Source of the DNA: Candidatus Latescibacterota bacterium
GTDB taxonomy: Bacteria; Krumholzibacteriota; Krumholzibacteriia; WVZY01; JAKEHA01
Assembly (NCBI GenBank): GCA_963707635.1
Contig: OY970173.1
Coordinates: 160,001-224,000, forward strand
DNA: 64,000 bases
Direction: 5' to 3'
In this document: positions 9,397 to 18,051 of the stretch, one piece after another
Position numbering within the stretch: the stretch's first letter is position 1
Layout: each line of letters opens with the position of its first letter
Position numbers and translations under genes: made by a program
The notes under the pieces: generated by a model
Seen by the model: the letters and a program-made list of their open reading frames with translations, nothing else
Databases searched by the model: none
What the model was told of the DNA's origin: nothing

Positions 9397-10572
9397 CTAC
9401 ATCATCGCTTCCGCGACCCGCGCCAGGATCTCCTTTACGGGAACCTGAAGCACCATCAAGAGCAGCATCGGAACCAGCGCCGGTATCAACACCATCAGGA
9501 GCGTCGCCTTCGAGATGGGCACGGGCCGGACACTCGCGGTGGTTATGAAAACCGTCTGTGCGTCCGCCAGCGCGCTGAAATCGGACCGGTCGAGCGTGTT
9601 TTCTGCGTCGGCACCTCGATCCCGGACCCAGCGACGGTTGAACGCGGCGTCCACCCTTCCCACCAGCGACGCATATTCGAAGTACACCCGCCGGCGAAAC
9701 ACACGCAGCGCGGGCGCGACCGCAAAGAGCGGGGAGAGAAAAATGGCCAGGAGGATGATCACGAATCCGATCGCCTGCACCTTGAGCGATTGCACCAAAA
9801 CGCCGTGCTTGAGCACGAAATGCGCCTCGTGTGAGCAAACCGTGGCCGAGATGGCCAGCACGACGGGGTTGAAGATGACCATGGTTTGTTCGACGAAGCC
9901 CAGCCCCCCCGCCCGGTCGGGGTGAGACGGAATCAAGTCGAGCTTCAGCGTCGTCACCCGTCGCAGCAGGATCACGATGACGGCGAGGCGCCACAGCCAG
10001 GCCAGCATCAGCGTGGCCCCCAGCGGTCGCACGACCAGGAAAAACCACCACGCCGCCGGACCGGGCGATCCATCGGCGCGGGTCGCCCACACCATCTCGT
10101 GCGTGATCGTGGGCTGCGTGATGCCGGCGAACGCGGCCATCGCCACGAGCACCACGAACCCCAACCACACCCACCATGCTTCGCGAAGGCGCGCCGTCCG
10201 CTGCAACACTTCCTCGAAGCGGGCACGCTCGCTCTCCGGGACCAGACCCGACGAAGTAAACTGCGACACGATGCGCCCCGACATCCAGTCGGCCCGGGCC
10301 TCCGCCATGATCAACAGCGGAATCGCAATCAGGCAGCGCGCGTGCACGCCAATGTGCCACAGGAACGATTCGGGACCGTGGCGCGCGGAATCGCCGGCAA
10401 AGAAGAATGCCACGGCCGCGAGCGGTACCCATGTCAGCAGCGCGAAGAGAATCGCGCGCCGGGTGACAAAGAGATGCTCGTCGGAAACGAGCTTGAGCGC
10501 GCGTTGCAGGCGAAAGAAAGGGTCCCCGCGGACGATTGAGAACGCGGACTCGGTGTCGGGGAATCCCTTCAT
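9397..10572 (-). CDS. multi-pass membrane protein of unknown function
   Basis: 391 aa, about 7-8 hydrophobic segments, [10 protein letters not shown] motif; promoter TTGCAT-17-TAGAGT ends 6 nt before ATG. Confidence 0.75.
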   Translation of the reverse strand: MKGFPDTESAFSIVRGDPFFRLQRALKLVSDEHLFVTRRAILFALLTWVPLAAVAFFFAGDSARHGPESFLWHIGVHARCLIAIPLLIMAEARADWMSGRIVSQFTSSGLVPESERARFEEVLQRTARLREAWWVWLGFVVLVAMAAFAGITQPTITHEMVWATRADGSPGPAAWWFFLVVRPLGATLMLAWLWRLAVIVILLRRVTTLKLDLIPSHPDRAGGLGFVEQTMVIFNPVVLAISATVCSHEAHFVLKHGVLVQSLKVQAIGFVIILLAIFLSPLFAVAPALRVFRRRVYFEYASLVGRVDAAFNRRWVRDRGADAENTLDRSDFSALADAQTVFITTASVRPVPISKATLLMVLIPALVPMLLLMVLQVPVKEILARVAEAMM

Positions 10573-10578
10573 GCGCCC

Positions 10579-10632
10579 ACTCTAGCAGGGGCGTCCCGGT
10601 CATGCAACGACCGCCGCGCCGTGTGGTACTAT
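10579..10632. promoter_or_regulatory. divergent leaderless sigma70 promoters
   Basis: - strand TTGCAT-N17-TAGAGT-N6-ATG; + strand TGgTACTAT-N7-ATG(10640). Confidence 0.6.
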
Positions 10633-10639
10633 TCTCCGC

Positions 10640-11208
10640 ATGACACCCCCCGCCGCTACACATGCCACCGCGGTTTTCGCCGGCGGCTGCTTCTGGTGCG
10701 TCGAGGCCGTGTTCGAAGAACTCGACGGCGTGATCGACGCGTATCCGGGTACAGCGGCGGTACGAAAGCCGACGCCAACTACGAAGCGGTCTGCTCCGGA
10801 ACGACCGGACACGCGGAGGCCGTGCAGATCGTCTACGACCCGGCGCGGATCGATTATCGCAAGCTGCTCGAGGTCCACTTCGCGACCCACGACCCCACCA
10901 CCCTCAATCGCCAGGGAAACGACGTCGGTTCGCAGTACCGCTCCGCCATCTTCTACGCGAACGAAGACGAGCGACGCATCGCGCAGGACACCATCGATGA
11001 ACTCAACCGGGCCGGCGTGTTCGACCGCCCGATCGTGACCACGCTCGAGCCGTTGCAGGCGTTCTACCCCGCCGAGACCTATCATCAGGGCTACGTGTGC
11101 GCAAACCCGCGCCAGGGTTACGTGCGCGCGGTGGCGCTGCCCAAGGTGGACAAGGTGCGAAAGCAGTTTGCGGCGGACCTCAAGGCAAAGTCACCACTGG
11201 AGGAATAG
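10640..11208 (+). pseudogene. msrA: peptide-methionine (S)-S-oxide reductase, frameshifted at about 10740
   Basis: GGCFWC in the 10640 frame; [35 protein letters not shown] and AE.YHQ.Y in the 10621 frame; one added base at GACGCGTATCC restores D-A-V-S-G-Y. Confidence 0.9.
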
Positions 11209-11228
11209 CGATACGGGCCATTGCTAAC

Positions 11229-12548
11229 GTGGCTGTCAGAACATCGAGTCGAGCGTACGCGGGTCCTGTCACCAGCCCACCCCGTCGTGCTCGCTTCGCT
11301 CCGCGCGCCGGGGGCCCCGGCTGGTGCCACCCGCGCCGTTTCTTCCCGTTTACACTCCTGATGCCGTGCCTGCTCGCCGTCGCCGCGTGCGACGAGACAC
11401 CCGCCGGCGCGAATGACACGTGCGACGCGGATGCGGTGCCGATCCTGCTGAAATCCAAAGCGGACGACGACGACGGGGACGGCATCATTCTCGACGAAGA
11501 TTTTCCGACCATCAACGACGAGGACGACGACATCGCCGACCACGCGTGGGTCCGCGACGACGCCGGCCTCTATCACCTCTTCTTCCAGAACGAGGGCCGC
11601 GGCGGTCCCAGCAGCATCGAGCACTACCTGACCACCGACTTTCGAAGCCTCCACTACCTGGGCGTCGCGTTGCGCGCTGAGCCGGGCGGTTGGGATACGG
11701 ACGGCGTGTGGGCCCCTCACATCGTCAGAAACGGCGATGTCTATGTCATGTTCTACACCGGTCTCGAGGGCGTTGGTGCGGCAGGCAAGCAACGTATCGG
11801 CGTGGCGACGTCGACCGACCTCATGACGTGGTCGCGCGCCCGGGTGAATCGCTGCCCCGGCACGAGCGGCGCGGGATGCGTTTACGAGTGCAGGGAGAGC
11901 TGGACCGCGTGGGACGGCCCGGCCGGCGCTGACAATCAGCAGTGTCGGGATGCATTCGTGCTGTGGGATTCCGACCGTGGAAGGTGGGTCATGTTCGCCA
12001 CCGCCCGGAGCACCAACCGGTACGGCGTGGTCGTCGTCGCCTGCGCCACCGACCTCACGCACTGGGCCGGCGCCGGGTACATCGACGCCACGCGCCGGCT
12101 TGCTTCCGGAGTCGCAGGACAGACCACGGGTGGACAGGCGGAGAACCCCTTCGTCATGACGAACGATGCGACGCACTACCTGCTTTTCACCGACTGGCAG
12201 GACCCCGAGGACAGCGTTTCCGTCGTCGCGCCGCGGACGATGGTGCAGTACGCCACCTCGTCCAGCCTCGCCGCCGACTCGCTCGGCAGCGCCGGCTGGG
12301 CCTACCGTGGATACACGCCCGACCCGGGGGTCAACGCGATCGAGGTCCAGCAGCTCGACGCCGGCTGGGACGGCATCTGGCTCATGTCGCAGAGCATTTC
12401 CAACAAGTACTCCGGCTACAGCAAGGCGTACCGGCGCCAGTTGCGATTGAAGTGCGTCACGTTCGGTGACGGCCTGACGTTCGATACCTCGAACGCGCGG
12501 TTTCCCGGCCGAGCACCGATCAATGCGCAGGCCCGGGACGGGCGGTAG
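11229..12548 (+). CDS. glycoside hydrolase GH43/GH32-like five-bladed propeller lipoprotein (start uncertain)
   Basis: LLAVAAC lipobox; ADH..YHLFF, WAPHI, IGVATSTDL.TW, RDAFV and AENPFV catalytic-type motifs. Confidence 0.7.
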   Translation: MAVRTSSRAYAGPVTSPPRRARFAPRAGGPGWCHPRRFFPFTLLMPCLLAVAACDETPAGANDTCDADAVPILLKSKADDDDGDGIILDEDFPTINDEDDDIADHAWVRDDAGLYHLFFQNEGRGGPSSIEHYLTTDFRSLHYLGVALRAEPGGWDTDGVWAPHIVRNGDVYVMFYTGLEGVGAAGKQRIGVATSTDLMTWSRARVNRCPGTSGAGCVYECRESWTAWDGPAGADNQQCRDAFVLWDSDRGRWVMFATARSTNRYGVVVVACATDLTHWAGAGYIDATRRLASGVAGQTTGGQAENPFVMTNDATHYLLFTDWQDPEDSVSVVAPRTMVQYATSSSLAADSLGSAGWAYRGYTPDPGVNAIEVQQLDAGWDGIWLMSQSISNKYSGYSKAYRRQLRLKCVTFGDGLTFDTSNARFPGRAPINAQARDGR

Positions 12549-13923
12549 CGCCGCGCCGGAAGAAGAGCAGGTAGCACACCACCGCCGCCGCGATCCAGCA
12601 CAGGCCGATCCACGCCGCCGACCGGTTGGCGTCGATTTGAAACGCCCCGAAGATGATTGCGACCTCGAGCAGCACGAACACCACCGGGACCACCGGATAA
12701 CCGGGCACCCGGACCGGGCGATCGGCGTCACGCCGGCGCCGCCGCAGGACGATCACCGCGGCACCCGTCAGCGCGAAGAACACCGCGTCGACCAGGACCA
12801 CCCCGGTCAACAAGCGGTCGATGCCACCCTTTCCCGCCGCGAACAGCAACCCCAGCGCGATGGTCGTGATCAACGCGATCGCGTGCGCGGGCGTGGCAAA
12901 GCGCGCGTGCGCGGTTCCGAAGACCGCGAAGAAGCGCCCGTCGCGGGCCATGCCGTAGAGCAGCCGCGGCGCGGACATGATCTGGGCGTTGAGCACTCCG
13001 AACGCGGAGAGCGCCACCGCGCCGGCGACGAAGCGGCTGCCGACTCGCGGCCACACCACCGAGACCGCGTCGGACGCCAGCGCCCGGCTTTCCGCCACGC
13101 GCGTGTAGCCGAGCAAGTGCAGGTAGGCCCAGTTCACGGTGACGTAGATCACAATGACAACGACGACGCCGAGCACGATCGCGAGCGGCACGTTACGCCG
13201 CGGTTCCTTCACTTCTCCGCTCATCCAGAGCGCGTACTGCCAGCCGCCGTACGCAAACAACGTGGGCACGAGCCCTGCGAACAGGAGCTGGATCCACGAT
13301 CCGCGGGCGGCGCCCGCGGCGGGAGCTGCGGGTGCCGGTTCGGTCGGCGACAGCCACAGCGCGAGGCCCACGACCAGCAGCAGCACGGCGAGCTTGCAGA
13401 AGACAGTGGCGTTCTGGATGGCGGCGCCCCAGCGGATGCCGATCACATTCGCACCGGCCACGCCCGCGTAGAGAGCGGCCGCCAGCACACTGACGCGCGT
13501 GGCGTCGAGAGTGCCCGCCGAGAACGCGGCGAGCAGATTCTCGGCGCAGACCAGCGCAATGATGGCGGTGCCGCCGGCGACGATGGCGGTTGAGTTGCAG
13601 AACACGAAGCAGAACGCGACCCACGGGCGGTAGGCGTCGCGCAGGATCTCGTACTGGCCTCCGGCTTGGCGGTACATCCCGCCCAGCTCCGCGAAGGTAA
13701 GCGCCCCGAGCAGCGCCACCAGCCCGCCGGCCGCCCATATCCACATCGCCAGGTCGCCGCGGCCCGCGATACGCGCGACCTGCGTCGGCGTGAAGAAGAT
13801 GCCGACGCCGACGATCGCCCCGACGACGATGCAGGTGGCGCTGACCGGGCCGAGCACGCGGCGGAGTCCGCCGTCGGTGTCGGTCGCATGCGTGTCCGTG
13901 ATGGCCATGACGCGTGTCATCAT
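12520..13923 (-). CDS. APC-family amino acid permease (LAT/SteT-like)
   Basis: GAIVGVGIF, FAELG, GGQY..L, FAYGGW, GEVKEPRRNVP; about 12 TM. Confidence 0.9.
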   Translation of the reverse strand: MMTRVMAITDTHATDTDGGLRRVLGPVSATCIVVGAIVGVGIFFTPTQVARIAGRGDLAMWIWAAGGLVALLGALTFAELGGMYRQAGGQYEILRDAYRPWVAFCFVFCNSTAIVAGGTAIIALVCAENLLAAFSAGTLDATRVSVLAAALYAGVAGANVIGIRWGAAIQNATVFCKLAVLLLVVGLALWLSPTEPAPAAPAAGAARGSWIQLLFAGLVPTLFAYGGWQYALWMSGEVKEPRRNVPLAIVLGVVVVIVIYVTVNWAYLHLLGYTRVAESRALASDAVSVVWPRVGSRFVAGAVALSAFGVLNAQIMSAPRLLYGMARDGRFFAVFGTAHARFATPAHAIALITTIALGLLFAAGKGGIDRLLTGVVLVDAVFFALTGAAVIVLRRRRRDADRPVRVPGYPVVPVVFVLLEVAIIFGAFQIDANRSAAWIGLCWIAAAVVCYLLFFRRGATARPGPAH

Positions 13924-14044
13924 GACGCACCCGGCGGCGGGCTGTCAGCGGGTATTCGGCACGAACGCCGCAGACTCCGCAACGCCGCCGTGGTACACTG
14001 GCGATGCCCCTCCGGCATCGATTTACCCGACGCCCGCCGCACGC

Positions 14045-15133
14045 ATGACGGTTCACCCTCGCCTGATCGGACTCGGCACCGCCGTACCACCCCACGTGGT
14101 GCGCCAGGAAGACGTGAAGCGCCTGGCCGCCAACCTGTTTTCGGAAACGCTCGGCGCCGACCCACGGTTAATTCAAGTATTCGACCACGCCGCCATCGGC
14201 AAGCGCCACGCGTGCATGCCGCTGGACTGGTTCGCGGTCGACCACGATTTCGCCGAGAAGAACGCGCTCTACATCGAACACGCGGTGAATCTCGCGGACG
14301 AGGCCGCGCGGCGCGCGCTGGCCGGCGCCGGGCTCGCGCCCCGGGACGTCGATCACGTCGTGTTCGTGTCCTCGACCGGGATCGCCACGCCGAGCGTCGA
14401 CGCCATCCTCGCCAACCGGCTCGGCTTTCGCACCACGCTTCGACGCACGCCGGTGTGGGGCCTGGGGTGCGCCGGCGGGGCCGTGGGTCTCTCTCGCGCG
14501 CGCGACTTCGCGCTGGCGGATCCGTCGGCGCGCGTGCTGTTGATCGCGCTCGAGCTGTGCAGCCTGACGTTTCAGCGCAACGACGTGTCGAAGCGGAATC
14601 TGGTCGCCGCGTCGCTCTTCGGCGACGGCGCGGCGGCCGCGGTGGTGGTCGGCGCCGACGCGCCCGTCACCGGAACCGGCGCGCACCGGCCACTCGAGCT
14701 GCTCGCCTCGCAGAGCATTCTGTGGAAGGACTCGCTCGACGTGATGGGCTGGGAAGTCGACGGCAATGGCCTGCACGTGGTGTTCTCCCGCGACATCCCC
14801 GCCATCGTGCGCGACAGGGTGCGCCCGAGTCTGGCTGCCTTCCTCGATCGGTGCGGCCTGCGCCTCGACCAGATCGACCACATGGTCGCGCACCCGGGCG
14901 GAGTCAAGGTGCTCAACGCCTATGCGGAGGCGCTGGAGCTCCCGGCGAGCGCCTTCGGCCACTCGCGCGCGGTCCTGCGCGACTACGGCAACATGTCGTC
15001 GCCGTCCTGTCTGTTCGTGCTCGAACAGTTTCTCGCGTCGGGCGAGATCGGCGCCGGCGAGCGTGCGGTCGTGGCCGCGCTCGGCCCCGGATTTTCCGCC
15101 GAGTACCTGCTCGCGACCGGTGGTGTCGAATGA
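14045..15133 (+). CDS. type III polyketide synthase (SrsA/BpsA-like)
   Basis: Cys-His-Asn triad GLGCAGG, HPGG, YGNMSS; ALGPGF. Confidence 0.93.
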   Translation: MTVHPRLIGLGTAVPPHVVRQEDVKRLAANLFSETLGADPRLIQVFDHAAIGKRHACMPLDWFAVDHDFAEKNALYIEHAVNLADEAARRALAGAGLAPRDVDHVVFVSSTGIATPSVDAILANRLGFRTTLRRTPVWGLGCAGGAVGLSRARDFALADPSARVLLIALELCSLTFQRNDVSKRNLVAASLFGDGAAAAVVVGADAPVTGTGAHRPLELLASQSILWKDSLDVMGWEVDGNGLHVVFSRDIPAIVRDRVRPSLAAFLDRCGLRLDQIDHMVAHPGGVKVLNAYAEALELPASAFGHSRAVLRDYGNMSSPSCLFVLEQFLASGEIGAGERAVVAALGPGFSAEYLLATGGVE

Positions 15134-15687
15134 GCCTGGGCACGATGCCCACTGCGCCCGTCGCATTCGGGCTCGCGCTGTTCATGGCCGTGCTGCTCGT
15201 CGAGCGTGTCGTCGAGCTTGCCATTTCCAGGCGCAACACCCGGGCGCTCCGGGCGGAGGGCGCGAGCGAGTACGGCGCCGGACACTTTCCGTTCCTGGTA
15301 GTCCTCCACGTGCTCTTCCCGTTGGGTCTCATCGCCGAAGTGGTCTGCCTCGGCGCCCGGCCGGGCGCGCTGTGGCTGCTGTGGCTGGCGTTACTGCTCG
15401 GCGCGCAGGCGCTCCGTGCCACCGCGATCCGCGCGCTGGGCCGGTTCTGGAGCGTGCGCGTGCTCGTGCTTCCCGGGGCGCCGCCGGTGCGGCGTGGCCC
15501 GTATCGCTTTTGGCGACACCCCAATTACCTGGCAGTGAGCGTCGAGCTGCTGGCGGCTCCGCTTCTGTTCGGCGCGTGGCGCACCGCGCTCGGCGTGTCG
15601 GTGCTCAACGCCGTCGTGCTCGGAGTGCGAATCCGGGTGGAAGAGAAAGCCCGCCGCGGCGCAACGCCGTCGCCACACCGCGCATGA
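15130..15687 (+). CDS. isoprenylcysteine carboxyl methyltransferase-family protein (SrsB/BpsB-like)
   Basis: ATGA overlap with PKS; RNTR.L..GA.EYGAGH, GPYRFWRHPNY, RIRVEE. Confidence 0.88.
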   Translation: MSLGTMPTAPVAFGLALFMAVLLVERVVELAISRRNTRALRAEGASEYGAGHFPFLVVLHVLFPLGLIAEVVCLGARPGALWLLWLALLLGAQALRATAIRALGRFWSVRVLVLPGAPPVRRGPYRFWRHPNYLAVSVELLAAPLLFGAWRTALGVSVLNAVVLGVRIRVEEKARRGATPSPHRA

Positions 15688-15730
15688 AAAAAAACCGGCT
15701 GCCGAGCATCGCTCGACAGCCGGCTCTTCT
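15687..15730. terminator. Rho-independent terminator, possibly bidirectional
   Basis: A8 then stem CCGGCTGCCGAGC-ATC-GCTCGACAGCCGG between convergent genes. Confidence 0.75.
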
Positions 15731-15753
15731 ACTACTGACCGGAAACTCCGGAC

Positions 15754-17724
15754 CTATTTCAAGAGCACCATCTTCTTCCGTTCGACCATACCGCCTGCGA
15801 TCAGGCGATAGAAGTACACGCCGGAGGTCAACGCCGAGGCGTCGAACTCGACCGAGTGCCGGCCGGCGCCCTTCGGCCCGTCGACCAGCGTCGCCACCAG
15901 CTTGCCCGACGCGTCGAATACGTCGAGCGTGACGTCGGTCTCGTTCGTCAGTCTAAACGAGATCGTCGTGCGCGGGTTGAACGGGTTGGGGAAGTTCTGG
16001 TCCAGCGACGCAACCGCGTCCGCATCCCGCGCAGCGACTTCATCCGGCCTGCCGGCGACGATGCGCAGCTCTTCGCCCGCCACCCGCGCGCTGCTCGAGC
16101 CGCGCCAGGTGATGGCATCGATGTACACGTCGTCGTTGTTGTCGCTCGCGTCGCAGCGGAACCGGATCCTCGCGTTGGTCGGGAAGGTGTAGGTGGGCTT
16201 GCTCAACGTGATGGTCGCGATGTAGAAGGCACCGTTGTTGAAGCTCGTGCCCGCCACGTAATTCCCAACGATCTGATAGGCGGAACCGTTGTAGTACTCG
16301 ACGTAGAAGTTCTCTCCCGACTCCATGCTTTGCGCACGGAAGTAGAACTCGATCTGCTGCGTCTGGTACCCGGACACGTTGCGCGCCGTCGTCGTGTAGA
16401 ACGACGATGGCGTCCCGCTGTTGTCCTGGACGTCCGCGGCCGCCACACCCTGGTAGGCAAACGTCCCGCCGGTGTAGCGGGACATGTCGTTGCCGCCGTC
16501 GGTGTAGCTGCCCATGCCGCTTTCGAAGTTGTCGAAGGTGATGGTGGTATACCCGCCTCCGCCACCCACCGTGACGTAGGCGTTCTTGACCTCGGCATCG
16601 CTGCCGCACGCGTTGGTTGCGGTGAGCTGCACGTTGTAGGTCCCCGCGGCCGTGTACGTGTGGCTCGGGTTCTGCGCGGTCGACGTGCCACCGTCACCGA
16701 AGGCCCAGCTCCAGCTGGCCGGGCTTCCGGTCGACAGGTCGGTGAAGTTCACGGCCAGCGGAGCGGTGCCCGACGTCGGCGACCCCGAGAAATTCGCCGT
16801 CACCAGCGGCGAGCAGCCGCCACCGCCCACCATGGTGGGCCGGTACTGCGCCATCTGCTGGTCCATACGCGTCGACTGGCCCGCCGTGAACAGGTACATG
16901 CAGGCGTCGTCGGTGTAGTCCATGAAGTTCTCGATCGGATCGTTTCCCGGACTCGAGCACGTGTTGCGGCCGGTCGGACACCCGAAGGCCGCGCTCGCCT
17001 CCGCGGGCGTATCGGCGACAAAGTCGCCGTTGCCGTTACACCCGCCCTGGAAGGTGTGATACAGGCCCACGTAGTGGCCGACTTCGTGGGTCGCGGTATC
17101 GCCGAGGTTGTACGGCACCGCGGTCCCACCGGGGAACGACGAGTAGAGACACACGACCCCCGCCATCTTGCTGGTTTCGGGGTAGTCCGACGGGAAGGTC
17201 GCGTAGCCGAGCAGCCCGCCGCCGATGTTGCACGCATAGACGTTGAGCGTCGTCGCGGGGCTGATCGCCAGCGCATTCTTCATCGCCGTTTCGTTGGCCG
17301 ATCCCATCTGGTGCTGCGACCAGGCGGTGTTGTTGGTGCGATCGACGCTCGCCAGCGAGAACTGGAAGTTCGTGTTGGCATACGCCGCGTTCAGCACCGC
17401 AATCTGATCGACGATCTGCTGGTCGGTGACGTCCCACTGGCCGGTGTTGCTCCGCACGACGTGCATGGCAACCGGGATGGTCGTCATCGCAACCATGCTC
17501 GGCGCGAAGTCGGAGCGCTGATCGAGCCAGCGCAGGGTCTGCTGGTACAATTGCTCCTGTTGGGCGAGACTCGGAGTGGGCGTGCCGCAGCGATCGACGC
17601 TGACGGCCACTCCATTCTCGTTCAGATAGGTGGCGTGAGACTGCGCCGCGGGAGCCGCGGTGAGATTCGCGACGGACGTCGCGAGCAGGGCGAGGACGGC
17701 AAACACTACCAAACAGCGTTTCAT
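15754..17724 (-). CDS. M43 (pappalysin/ulilysin-like) zinc metalloprotease with PKD and T9SS/FlgD-like C-terminal domain
   Basis: Signal peptide, RCG cysteine switch, HEVGHYVGLYH, NFMDY Met-turn, WSWAFGDG PKD motif, NFPNPFNP..KKMVLLK. Confidence 0.92.
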   Translation of the reverse strand: MKRCLVVFAVLALLATSVANLTAAPAAQSHATYLNENGVAVSVDRCGTPTPSLAQQEQLYQQTLRWLDQRSDFAPSMVAMTTIPVAMHVVRSNTGQWDVTDQQIVDQIAVLNAAYANTNFQFSLASVDRTNNTAWSQHQMGSANETAMKNALAISPATTLNVYACNIGGGLLGYATFPSDYPETSKMAGVVCLYSSFPGGTAVPYNLGDTATHEVGHYVGLYHTFQGGCNGNGDFVADTPAEASAAFGCPTGRNTCSSPGNDPIENFMDYTDDACMYLFTAGQSTRMDQQMAQYRPTMVGGGGCSPLVTANFSGSPTSGTAPLAVNFTDLSTGSPASWSWAFGDGGTSTAQNPSHTYTAAGTYNVQLTATNACGSDAEVKNAYVTVGGGGGYTTITFDNFESGMGSYTDGGNDMSRYTGGTFAYQGVAAADVQDNSGTPSSFYTTTARNVSGYQTQQIEFYFRAQSMESGENFYVEYYNGSAYQIVGNYVAGTSFNNGAFYIATITLSKPTYTFPTNARIRFRCDASDNNDDVYIDAITWRGSSSARVAGEELRIVAGRPDEVAARDADAVASLDQNFPNPFNPRTTISFRLTNETDVTLDVFDASGKLVATLVDGPKGAGRHSVEFDASALTSGVYFYRLIAGGMVERKKMVLLK

Positions 17725-18051
17725 GGGGACTCCCTTTTCGTGAAAGGTGAACGCTTTCGGCCCTATGCCTGATCCGCGCCGCGCGTAACGTCCGGCGACG
17801 CGGACACCCGAATTATGTTCTTGAGAGACCCGGAGAAGAACTGCTCCCCTCATCTCCCGGTGCCCTTGCCTGGCGGAGTCGAAAGGGTAGCAACCCCGGC
17901 ATTGGGGATGCAATAGGACTTTTGTATCGCCCGCCGGCCGGCGACCCGGTGGCAGGTGGACAACGATAGATGGTAAACTGAACACGAGTTCGTACCGGCA
18001 GGACGGGCCGGAAGCCGTGGACAGTCATGCCTTTGTCGACGCTGTGCTCAA

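Noticed and set aside
13666..15687. 673-aa ORF as a single fused protein
   Set aside because: Only the part from ATG 15130 is ICMT-like; the upstream portion is an off-frame shadow of the PKS
17845..17960. c-di-GMP or other known riboswitch
   Set aside because: A GAAA-containing hairpin is present, but it is on the opposite strand to the M43 gene and the other consensus elements are missing
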